A DNA stretch of 63,986 bases, filler included, from Barthelona sp. PAP020 (Eukaryota), in assembly GCA_040182905.1 (NCBI GenBank). It is 5 parts of 5 records of this genome, joined end to end, with 100 filler letters (N's around TTAATTAATTAA, not from the genome) between each part and the next. Parts side by side here need not be neighbours in the genome. Positions count along the whole stretch, not along the records: positions 27,494 to 41,153 come from JARQWU010000319.1; positions 41,254 to 54,891 come from JARQWU010000320.1; 3 more parts are not named here. One strand, written 5' to 3'. The translations under genes were made by a program, and so were the position numbers. Below are positions 31,963-41,517 of this stretch, one piece after another. Position 1 is the first letter of the stretch. Each line of letters begins with the position of its first letter. The notes under the pieces are model-generated. The model did not search any database. It saw nothing but the letters and a program-made list of their open reading frames with translations, and was not told the DNA's origin.

Positions 31963-33996
31963 TTAATAATTTATTCTGAATGACGAACTGTCAACTTCTA
32001 AATCTTTTAATAAAGCATAATCTTCTTCTTCTTCAATGGTTTGATTCATTATTTCTCTCAATCTTTGTTCTATTCTATCATCCAAAGAAGGATATTTGTT
32101 ACTGTGGTTAGGTTTAGTTCTTTTTTTATGCTTTGTTGTCACAATTGTTTTTTTAGCAATCGTTGAATCAACATCTTCAGAATTATTCACACTGTCTGTT
32201 GAATTTATTTTGGTGTTTTCATTACCAAAATCACTGGATTCACTGACTTTTTTTCTTTGTACAATTAAGGGTTGTGACATCTTTTGCATATCTTTCAATT
32301 GTTGTTCAATTAATAAGGGTTTGGTTTCATAAATTTCGTCAACTCTTTTTTGAATTGTTTGATAATTCCGGGTAAATTCCAAATTTGCCTGTTTCTTTCT
32401 TCTGTCTACTTCCTCATTCCATAATTGAGCATTATTTTTTGTTAATTTATCAAATTGTTCAATAATTGGTCTCAACCTTTTAGTCATTTGTTCTTTTCTC
32501 TTTTGTTTTACTTTCTTCTGTTCTTCTTTTTCCTTCAATTTCAATTCTTTCACTCTTTCTTTTTCTTCTTTTTGTTTCTTTCTTAACTCTTGTGCTCTAG
32601 TATCTAAAACTACACGTGGAGGTTCTTCATCAACTTTAATACGATAGATTCGGTCAATAACTTTCTTTTTCTTTGATTCTTCATATACAGATTTTTTTTC
32701 TCGATGTATTTTATCAGAATGAAAAGCAAAAGGTTCAACTTCCACATTTTTAAAACTCTTTCGAGCTTCTGCAAGATCTGTACTGAATTTTTCTTTGGTT
32801 TTATGGAAATCAGGAATTTCTCTGGTGATTTCAGGTTTAAATGTGAACACCTTTGAAAATTCTTCATCAACTTGTTTCTTTCGCTGTTTTTTAATCCTTA
32901 TTTCATCATGTTTATGCTTCTCCATCCTCTTTGGTAATTTAGATTCTGATAATAGCACTTTGATGTGCTCTTGCTTATCTTTAACCTTCATTGCTTGCAA
33001 ATCCATCTCGTGTTTAAATAAATTTTCGCCATATTCACAAGTGGATTCAAAAGGAATTTCATTTGCTTTAAATTGATGTGATTTCCGCATCAAATCTTCA
33101 CTCAACAAACAATGTTCACGGTTTTGTTCTTTCTTTTCCATGTCCTTTTCAATATTTTCAACAAAAGAAAAAATTTGCATTTTTTTCTTTTTTTCTTCTT
33201 GTTCTGAAACAATTTTTTTTTTTCGATTTTCCAACAACTGATCAAATTCGTCCTGTAATGATTTGAAATTTGGAGGTTCATTTGCACGAAATGGGGGCTT
33301 TTTTTTTTCTTTTTCTTTCTTTTCTTCCAAATACTCTTGTAAGGATCTTGACACCTTCGAATCATTCCTGCTATCAAAACTAAAAGGTCTAAAACGAGAA
33401 TCACTGGATGTATCCTTAGATTTGGGTGATAGTTCTATTTGTTCAGCAATATTCATAAAATCACCTTCATCTTCATCAAAATCATCAAAATCAGTGACAG
33501 CATCTTGGTTCTTTTGTTTGAGGGTATTCTTTCCTGTTCCAACAATGGGACTTTGTAGAGCAGTTGGTAATTCAGGCTTAGGCCATTTGAAAAGATCAGG
33601 TCTTCGTTTAGCACTTTTCACTCCAACGTTTTTTTTTTGATTTCGGTTTTTCCTTCGTTTTGTCAAAGAGTATTCAACATTGAAAGAAGGACTTAACTGA
33701 GCTTTACTCGTCGGTGAAGAATTAATCTTATTGATATCAAAAATTTGACTTAGACGAAGAGATTCTAAAGAATTCAAAGTAGAATTGAACTTTTCATCAT
33801 CATTCAAACAATTTGGATCAAAGCCTAATTTTTCTAACTCATCATGAAGATTCAAATCATTTTGCTTGTAACCCTTAAAATTCTCAGGTGAAATTTGAAT
33901 ATTATTCTTTAATTCAATATTTTCAGTTCGCAAATTGGATAATACATTTGAAATATTTGCTTCATGAATAGAATTCAAATCTATTTCATAAGACAT
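31963..33996 (-). CDS. FAM161 family centriole/cilium microtubule-binding protein
   Basis: FRANEPP, FKANEIP, LLSESKLPKRME, FTFKPEITREIPDFHK, VEPFAF, KPLLIEQ. Confidence 0.8.
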   Translation of the reverse strand: MSYEIDLNSIHEANISNVLSNLRTENIELKNNIQISPENFKGYKQNDLNLHDELEKLGFDPNCLNDDEKFNSTLNSLESLRLSQIFDINKINSSPTSKAQLSPSFNVEYSLTKRRKNRNQKKNVGVKSAKRRPDLFKWPKPELPTALQSPIVGTGKNTLKQKNQDAVTDFDDFDEDEGDFMNIAEQIELSPKSKDTSSDSRFRPFSFDSRNDSKVSRSLQEYLEEKKEKEKKKPPFRANEPPNFKSLQDEFDQLLENRKKKIVSEQEEKKKKMQIFSFVENIEKDMEKKEQNREHCLLSEDLMRKSHQFKANEIPFESTCEYGENLFKHEMDLQAMKVKDKQEHIKVLLSESKLPKRMEKHKHDEIRIKKQRKKQVDEEFSKVFTFKPEITREIPDFHKTKEKFSTDLAEARKSFKNVEVEPFAFHSDKIHREKKSVYEESKKKKVIDRIYRIKVDEEPPRVVLDTRAQELRKKQKEEKERVKELKLKEKEEQKKVKQKRKEQMTKRLRPIIEQFDKLTKNNAQLWNEEVDRRKKQANLEFTRNYQTIQKRVDEIYETKPLLIEQQLKDMQKMSQPLIVQRKKVSESSDFGNENTKINSTDSVNNSEDVDSTIAKKTIVTTKHKKRTKPNHSNKYPSLDDRIEQRLREIMNQTIEEEEDYALLKDLEVDSSSFRINY

Positions 33997-34168
33997 ATTC
34001 TTTTTAATTTTTTAAAATAAATTGAGCCAAAATAAAATTTAAAAAAACCAATAATCAAGATGTTGCCAAATGTTTTTTTTTCTTTTACAACAAACAATAA
34101 AAAGAATAAATAGACTAATATTATTTATTATACAATTGAAAAAAAAATTTCAAATTCTCTACACAAAG

Positions 34169-36253
34169 TTAAGTTGTTGATTTCATTAAAAGACTAATTT
34201 GTCCTAATTTATCAACAACAACAATTTTTTTTGATTGTTTATTGTAAGAACAAGCTTTTATTGGCGAAGAAAATAGATGACAATAATCACATTTGTTATT
34301 TTCAATGAGTTTCACTCTGCCATTATTATAACCTAAAAGAACAGAATCATTATTCTCATCAATTTTGTTGTTATTATCTTGATTAAAAAAAGAAACACAA
34401 CAAACGTTTTGATTTAAAGGCTGTAATTTTAAAACGGTTTTGTTTAATGGTTGATCACCCAAAAATTCTTCAGGAATGGTCAGAGTTACAATATTATCAT
34501 CGGTATAAACGTACAAAATTCCATCAATTAATCTACACCATTTTGCTTTTGCAATAGTTGGATAAACCCTGTGTAAAGAATTTTTTGTTTTGATGAAAAC
34601 ACCTGCTGTTGTTAACAAAATTGGAGTTTCTAAGGTGGTTTCAATGAAGAGAACATCGCCCTCCAAAGGGGTTTCATCTACTAATTTCCAAGAATCATCA
34701 ATAACACTCAAAAAATGACTATGACCGCAATAGATCAAATTTTCTAAATTTGCCAAAGCAGTCACAGGTCGATTTAAAACTATTTTATGAGAAGAAAAGT
34801 CATTAATTGTAAAGAGAAGATTTCCAGATGACAATACAAAAGAATTTTGAAAGGCAGTTACACATACTTTTCCATGTTTGGTCAAACCAACATTTAGAAG
34901 TTTTGCATCCAATTGAATTTTGTTTGAAACCACAGAAAATTTGAAAATAGCTCCTGACCTAGATAAAGCAAAGACGTTTCCTGAATCAGGCGCAAACATT
35001 TTTATGTGAGGTTCACTTAATGCAACTCTATCTAAAACATTGAAAGACTCCAGATCAACAAGGACAATGACATCGCCAGTTAAAGCCAACAATCGACATT
35101 TTGAATCTAAAAACAGTAAAGATTTGATAGGTGTTGACAAAATTGAAAATGTACGCATGATATCATCTTCAAACACACACAAACGTCCCTTATTATCTCC
35201 AAATGCCAATACATTTTCTTGACTGGCGATAGAACTAATCAAACGCTCTTGACTAAAAATACGAATGACTTCTAACGTCTTAGGATGACACAATACAGCG
35301 CCTTCAGTTCCAATAACAACAATTCCTTGTGAAACAATCTCAAGGCTTGTAGCCAACCCAATTTCAAGAACTGCAACCTTTCTATCACCTTTAATGTTAA
35401 CCAACTGCAAAGAACAACGTTTATCACGTGATAAAACAACAAACCAAGTGTTAGATATAGCACGAATAGCAACAACATTTCCACAATGAACAATAATTTG
35501 TCGAACCACTTCATCAGTATTTGGCTTAAAAATATATAGTTTGGCATGACGAGTAGAAAGCGAAGCTGCTAACCACATATGTTCATTAACTGAAGAACAG
35601 CATGCTAATGCACTGTCAGTTGGATAATATGCATATACAGCTGGATTAGAAACAAAGTTCACAGTGACCAAAGAATGACCAATACATAATAACATGGTAT
35701 TTGGTCCCCCCATTGCAACCTTTTCAGTTTGACCAACAAAAAATAAACGCAATAAATCCAAAGTATCCTCAAATTTGCTAGAATCAATGATTTCTGGTTC
35801 AACGCTAGTTCTTGTTGATCTGGCACTAAGACATGGCATCTTATTAGAATTTGTGCTATCGTTAGAAATCTTTTGGTTTAGCTGCAAATCTTCCTTCACA
35901 GCTTCAATTTCTTTTGATAACGCAGCAAATTGATTATGTTGTCGATCTAACTTGGTTGACTGTTTTCTAATCTTCCTTGTTGCTTGATTAAATGCCTTTC
36001 TTTGCTCAGAAAGTTCTTTTTTTAATTGATTTACTTTTCCAATATAAAATTCTTCACAACTTTCCAATCTTTTTCCTTGTCTTTCAACTACTCTTTCTAA
36101 ATCTTCATTAACTCTTTCTGCCTTCTTTAATTCAGTTTCTAAAAATCTCACTTGATCCTTTAATCTTCGCAACTCAATAATCTCAACAGGATCAATATTG
36201 TTGAATCTGTTTTGTGGAATCTTTTTTTCATGATTTAACTTTTGGCTCGACAT
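34169..36253 (-). CDS. N-terminal coiled coil plus WD40-like beta-propeller protein, function unknown
   Basis: Heptad-rich first 130 aa, then repeats such as LAFGDNKGRLCVF, LLGYNNGRVKLI, IVVVDKLGQISL. Confidence 0.6.
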   Translation of the reverse strand: MSSQKLNHEKKIPQNRFNNIDPVEIIELRRLKDQVRFLETELKKAERVNEDLERVVERQGKRLESCEEFYIGKVNQLKKELSEQRKAFNQATRKIRKQSTKLDRQHNQFAALSKEIEAVKEDLQLNQKISNDSTNSNKMPCLSARSTRTSVEPEIIDSSKFEDTLDLLRLFFVGQTEKVAMGGPNTMLLCIGHSLVTVNFVSNPAVYAYYPTDSALACCSSVNEHMWLAASLSTRHAKLYIFKPNTDEVVRQIIVHCGNVVAIRAISNTWFVVLSRDKRCSLQLVNIKGDRKVAVLEIGLATSLEIVSQGIVVIGTEGAVLCHPKTLEVIRIFSQERLISSIASQENVLAFGDNKGRLCVFEDDIMRTFSILSTPIKSLLFLDSKCRLLALTGDVIVLVDLESFNVLDRVALSEPHIKMFAPDSGNVFALSRSGAIFKFSVVSNKIQLDAKLLNVGLTKHGKVCVTAFQNSFVLSSGNLLFTINDFSSHKIVLNRPVTALANLENLIYCGHSHFLSVIDDSWKLVDETPLEGDVLFIETTLETPILLTTAGVFIKTKNSLHRVYPTIAKAKWCRLIDGILYVYTDDNIVTLTIPEEFLGDQPLNKTVLKLQPLNQNVCCVSFFNQDNNNKIDENNDSVLLGYNNGRVKLIENNKCDYCHLFSSPIKACSYNKQSKKIVVVDKLGQISLLMKSTT

Positions 36254-36291
36254 AGAGACCAGGAAAAAAAATTAAATTCCATTTTAATATC

Positions 36292-37080
36292 ATGTACTTT
36301 GAACTGTTTTTAACTTTCATACCTTCTATATTCTTGTTGATATCCATCCAAATATATCCAAGAATTTCAAATAACTCAGAAACGTTTACTATTTCAACTT
36401 TTGAATTTATTAACAGTTTAATAATTTGTGCTTTTATTGAAATATTCGTTGTTGTTATTTATTTATTTATACAAAAAAAAAATAACCCAAATTTCAAAAT
36501 CAATCAATTGTTGCATTTGAATATGCCAACAAAGAATTTTGGTAAATTATTTCGCTTACTCATTTTTCATGCAGCATCAGTTGCTTCATCTCCTTTGATC
36601 GCATCTTTTATTGCTAAATTTTCCATTTTCAACAAGCTTATTTTTGTTCTCCCTCCAGTAGGAAATCCATTATTTTCCAGCAACAATTTTGAAGAGTTAT
36701 TTCCAGAAATTGAAAGTTTGGAAGGGAATTGGTTCTTTTTCATTTATTTTCTTTTCTTCTCGCTTTCAACAAGTTTTGCTGATGAGCTATTTTCCAAAAC
36801 TATTGTTTTAAAATCTAGTGAAAATATCGTTTCAAAATTTAAAAACCAGTTTGTTACGACTGAAAATAGTGCTGTAATTTGTGTGTACATCATTCTGCAT
36901 TGTATGAAAAATTTGTTCATTCCTTGGTCTGTTTTTGCTTCAGTCATTCCTTCCTATACATATCTTTTATTATTTTCAAGCTTTACCTCATTACCAATTG
37001 GCATTTTAACTCATTTATTGTATGAATTTGGAATTCCTTTAGTTTTGATTTTTGCCAAAGTAACTAGCCCAATAGAATAA
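36292..37080 (+). CDS. Multi-pass membrane protein, degenerate CPBP (Abi/CAAX protease II) family-like
   Basis: Hydrophobic ORF; SFADELFSK (cf. EExxxR), YIILH (cf. FxxxH) and ILTHLLYE (cf. HxxxN) in the expected order. Confidence 0.55.
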   Translation: MYFELFLTFIPSIFLLISIQIYPRISNNSETFTISTFEFINSLIICAFIEIFVVVIYLFIQKKNNPNFKINQLLHLNMPTKNFGKLFRLLIFHAASVASSPLIASFIAKFSIFNKLIFVLPPVGNPLFSSNNFEELFPEIESLEGNWFFFIYFLFFSLSTSFADELFSKTIVLKSSENIVSKFKNQFVTTENSAVICVYIILHCMKNLFIPWSVFASVIPSYTYLLLFSSFTSLPIGILTHLLYEFGIPLVLIFAKVTSPIE

Positions 37081-38251
37081 AATGTTTACAATTTTGGTGA
37101 ACATAAACCTTCTTTGGAATTCTTTTTTGTTTTTCCATGTTTTAACTTTTCCTCACAGAAGGGTTTGAATCAAAGCGGACGGATTTCACGTGAAAGACAA
37201 TATAAATGTGTTGAAGGATTCTTCTTGCAATTTCTGAAATTAATGGATATAAGAACTGAAAGTGAAATGACAGCAAAGAATCATATGATTCATGATAATA
37301 AGGATACAAGTGTACATAGTAGGTTAGCAAAGAATTACAAGGCTTCATCAAGGAAACCCAGAGAAGAACAATCAAAATTTATTGGCAAAAAGGAAAATAA
37401 TATTTGGTCTCATCAAATAAGTTTTCATTTACGTTTATAGGCGCCCTGATTATCGCAACAGAGAGATATAATCAAGAAGACAAAGTTTCCAACATTGAAA
37501 ATGATCGGTAATAATTGTTTTGGCGGTAAAGTGAAAAGGATTTACATTAGTTTCATTTTCTGCTCCATAAAGCAAGCCCACATTCTAAGATTACGTATTT
37601 TTTTTTTTTTTTTTAAAAGAAGACTACCCTTCGACATCAATTCGGCTCAAGACAAGTTGGATCACCCCAATAAAATCCCAAGCTCTCAGAAACAAAGTTT
37701 ATAAACAAAAAAATTTGCAAATGAAAAAAGATCATTTAACTTTTATTTGGATAATTGCCCCATCCACACCTAAAGTATTTCTTTTTTTTTTAAGAGTGTT
37801 CTGAACCATCCACGCAAAACGACTCAGTTGCAAGTACCCCCAAACTCTAACTGAGAATGATAAAGTCTTTACTGATTTTTGAGTTAAAACATCGAAATAT
37901 CTAATATATGAATATCTGAGCATGTTCAACTCAAACATGTTGCAAAACTTGCATAAAAAAAAGACTACAGTTTAAACAAAAACTCCATCAATGTAGAAGG
38001 GATGTTTGACCAGTAAAGAAAGAAAAATTTCCCTAAACTTTCAAAAATTTTGATTGATAATCATTTATTTGTTTCAGCATTAGTCTAGTTTTCAGAATCA
38101 AATTTCCTTTTATATGCAAGAGTGAAAGAAGGGTCAAGCTGCTAACTTCACAGCCACAACCCCCACCCAAGAGTTGGATATAAACTGTTCAGAATTTAAT
38201 ATGTAAAAAAAACCAATAAGAAATGTATTCTCAAAAATTTACCGGTTAAAC

Positions 38252-40222
38252 TTAATCATCATCACTTTCATCAGCATTTTCATCAATATATTGATGCATA
38301 TTGCCACCATTCCTTTTATTAATGTCGACCAGATCCCAACATGTATTAATAGCTAAGTCAAAGTCCATTTGATTCATATATACGCCAGAAGTAACAAATT
38401 GTCGTATTAGAGAACTTTTTGCCTTCACTAAAACAAGTGTTGAAATGAGATATCCTTGATTCTTGACTAATTCAATCAGTTGAGATTGAGAAACGTGATA
38501 AAATGTCACATCAACATCTTCTTCGGTTGATGGCTCTCCAAAATTTGGAACGTTAATATATAATTTTCCAGACGATTCTTTGTGCTCATCCCACAAATCA
38601 GAGGGCATATAATATCTGTTGAAAAATACATACATGTCGAATTCATTAACATTAATTTCTGGATGATCTAAAAGCATCATAGCAATATCCAAATGGCCAT
38701 GATAGGCACTGACAGAAAATGGAGAATACATATTAGAATCATACTTATTAACATCAGCACCATTGTCCAACAATTTTTGGACAATGTTAAGATGTCCTTT
38801 TATGCAACTGATGTGCAAGGGAGAGTATCCTTTGAAGCATAAGTTAACATCAGCACCATGACTTAAAAGATATTTGACAATTTCAAAATGACCCAATTCG
38901 CAAGCAATATACAATGAAGAAGCACCATTACTGTTGCATGAATTGACATCTGCACCCATTTCTAAAAGGGTTTTGACAAAATCAAGATTGTTTTCTTGGC
39001 AACAAACAGACAGTGGAGATTTCCCCAAATTGAGATCTATATCATAATTTTTCAACAAAAAGGCTGCCATATCAAATGAATGTTTTGAAATACACCAACA
39101 AAATGGAGAAATACCATTTTCATCACATACGTTCACATCAGCACCATACTTTAATAAGAGATGAATGATATCAAAATGGCAACTGTGGCAACTAACACAT
39201 AATGGAGAAAACTTATTGTCAGCACTTATATTGACATCGGCACCACGATCCAATAATTTTTCGGCAATGTCAATATATCCGTGGTTACAACAACAACATA
39301 ATGGAGAATATCCTTTGAAACATATGTTAACATCAACATCATAATCTAAAAGCAACTCTGTAATATCTAAATGCTTTTTTAGAATGCTAATATACAAGGG
39401 AGTAACTCCTTCGCTACCACGTACATTAACATCAGCACCATGAATCAAAAGATATTTGACAATTTCAAAATGACCCAATTCGCAAGCAATAAACAAGGGA
39501 GTAGCTCTATCTTTACGATGTAGGTTAACATCAGCACCATAACTTAAAAGATATTTGACAATTTCAAAATGACCCAATTGGCAAGCAATATACAATGAAG
39601 AAGCACCATTACTGCTGCACGAATTGATATCTGCACCCATTTCTAAAAGAGTTTTGACAAAATCAAGATTGTTTTTTTGACAACAAATAAAGAAGGGAGA
39701 TTTTCCCAAATTAATGTTGACATCATAATTGTTCAATAAAAAGGCTGCCATGTCAATAAATCCTTTTTGAACACAGCAATAAAGTGGAGAGCTACCCGAA
39801 AACTCGCATAAATTCACATTTGCACCATATTTTAAAAGCAGTTTTGCAGTATCAAAATGACCATTCTGACAACTAACATATAATGCTGAATAACCATTAT
39901 CATTGCATAAATCAATATCAGCACCAAAATCCAATAAAAACTCAACAATCTTAATATGTCCTTTAAAAGCACTAATCCAAAGAGATGACCTTCCTCCTCT
40001 TTCACATTTATTAACATCAACACCTACTTTGACGCACTGTTGAACAACTTCAAAATTTCCATCAGCAGCAGCTCGATATATTTTCTTTGGTTTACCATTT
40101 TCTTCATATCCATCCACATCAAAATCATCAGGAATAACAATTTGGTCCATATTATACTTTAAATATGCGTCAATATGATCAACATCAACATCATTCACAA
40201 CAGTACTTCTTTGAGTTGCCAT
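38252..40222 (-). CDS. Ankyrin-repeat protein (about 15 repeats) with an unrecognised ~130-aa C-terminal domain
   Basis: GxSPLxxxCxxGHxxIVxxLLxxGADVN repeats; the N-cap is shared with the kinase-ANK protein; non-ANK tail ends CWDLVDINKRNGGNMHQYIDENADESDDD. Confidence 0.9.
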   Translation of the reverse strand: MATQRSTVVNDVDVDHIDAYLKYNMDQIVIPDDFDVDGYEENGKPKKIYRAAADGNFEVVQQCVKVGVDVNKCERGGRSSLWISAFKGHIKIVEFLLDFGADIDLCNDNGYSALYVSCQNGHFDTAKLLLKYGANVNLCEFSGSSPLYCCVQKGFIDMAAFLLNNYDVNINLGKSPFFICCQKNNLDFVKTLLEMGADINSCSSNGASSLYIACQLGHFEIVKYLLSYGADVNLHRKDRATPLFIACELGHFEIVKYLLIHGADVNVRGSEGVTPLYISILKKHLDITELLLDYDVDVNICFKGYSPLCCCCNHGYIDIAEKLLDRGADVNISADNKFSPLCVSCHSCHFDIIHLLLKYGADVNVCDENGISPFCWCISKHSFDMAAFLLKNYDIDLNLGKSPLSVCCQENNLDFVKTLLEMGADVNSCNSNGASSLYIACELGHFEIVKYLLSHGADVNLCFKGYSPLHISCIKGHLNIVQKLLDNGADVNKYDSNMYSPFSVSAYHGHLDIAMMLLDHPEINVNEFDMYVFFNRYYMPSDLWDEHKESSGKLYINVPNFGEPSTEEDVDVTFYHVSQSQLIELVKNQGYLISTLVLVKAKSSLIRQFVTSGVYMNQMDFDLAINTCWDLVDINKRNGGNMHQYIDENADESDDD

Positions 40223-40511
40223 ATTCTTTTTTAAACAACGAGTAATTAACTTCGAAGATCAAAGCTTTCTGTGGAATTATTTTCAAAAAGAAAAATTTGT
40301 TTAAAAGGTTTTCTTAAAAAATCATATTAAGTGAAAGCAAATCAAAATCAATAAAAGCAATGTGTTATCCATAGAATTGAAAAATCAAACAAAAAAATAT
40401 ATATTACCAAAAGTGAAGTGAAGTGAATCAAGTTATTGTTGAAAAATGCAAATAAAATGATTGAAAAATTAGAGCAAACATATAATTAAATGGCTGTTAT
40501 TTTTACTTGAG

Positions 40512-41153
40512 TTGATGTATTGGGGGGGTAGAAGGATGAAATGGAGGAGAAAAACAATTTTTTCCATACTTTCTTTTATAATTGATGAAAGCAATGTCAG
40601 ACAAATTGAAGGAATGTCTTCTGATTGTATGTTTGATTGTGAATATTCAATGGATGGTAAAAAAGTAATGGTTAATGATGGGAGCAAGCCAAGCGATGTT
40701 TATGTGTTTAACATTAATACAAAAACGTTTGATGGTGGTTATTTAATGTGATTCAATATGGAAAATTTTCAGGAGATTCAAAGGATTTGCTATGGATGTG
40801 ATGGATCCAATATTTTTCCTTTGTAATATCTCCCAATATGAGATGGTTAGCATGTGGAAAATGTCCTAATAATACAATAAGGATGTTTTCAACAGTTTCT
40901 CAATGTGAATCTTCCCATCATTCCAAACTAATTGAATTATTAATTGATGGTGGTCAGGTGTTGTCCAATTTTCTAGTAATGTAAATCGATACTCAGTATG
41001 TGCCTAAATAGAGAGGAGTTTGACATGATAGTTGATCTTTGGGATTTAATTGACTTTGATGAGGATAATGGTGGTAATATGTACAGTTTTGTGGGTATAC
41101 AAATCAATAGAAACAATGATGATGATTGTAGTGTGTTAATGTTAAAAAGTATT
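40512..41153 (+). pseudogene. Disrupted gene ending in the same C-terminal domain as the neighbouring ANK protein
   Basis: Fragments SKLIELLIDGGQVLSNFLVM* and LNREEFDMIVDLWDLIDFDEDNGGNMYSF align with SQLIELVKNQGYLISTLVLV and MNQMDFDLAINTCWDLVDINKRNGGNMHQY; several stops and frameshifts. Confidence 0.65.
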
Positions 41154-41253
41154 NNNNNNNNNNNNNNNNNNNNNNNNNNNNNNNNNNNNNNNNNNNNTTA
41201 ATTAATTAANNNNNNNNNNNNNNNNNNNNNNNNNNNNNNNNNNNNNNNNNNNN
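41154..41253. other. Artificial contig spacer
   Basis: N44-TTAATTAATTAA-N44. Confidence 0.98.
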
Positions 41254-41255
41254 CA

Positions 41256-41363
41256 CGTGTTTTGAATCTTTTGAATAAGATGATTCCTGAAAATGCATTG
41301 GTTGATCAACTTATTGAACAACAAGAAGCTGCAACTGAAACGACCACAACTGATAGCAGTTAA
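41256..41363 (+). CDS. Probable 3' end of a gene cut by the contig edge
   Basis: Open frame from the edge, RVLNLLNKMIPENALVDQLIEQQEAATETTTTDSS*, followed by T-rich 3' sequence. Confidence 0.45.
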   Translation, partial: RVLNLLNKMIPENALVDQLIEQQEAATETTTTDSS

Positions 41364-41517
41364 AACCCTTTCTGTTGATTTATTTTTCAAATCCAGCAGC
41401 AGTTTTTTGTGTTTCTTTTCATATTTCAATTGTAAAATTAAAAAAGTATTTATTATTCATTGTTTTACATTCGTTTATTCTTGATATGTATTTACAAATT
41501 CTAAAAAGAAGAGCTGT

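Noticed and set aside
37090..38250. 1.1-kb gene-free stretch with short ORFs and a GC-richer patch at about 37620-37690
   Set aside because: No recognisable protein, repeat or RNA motif; the AAGACTA resemblance to the U3 5' end is not followed by the other U3 boxes.
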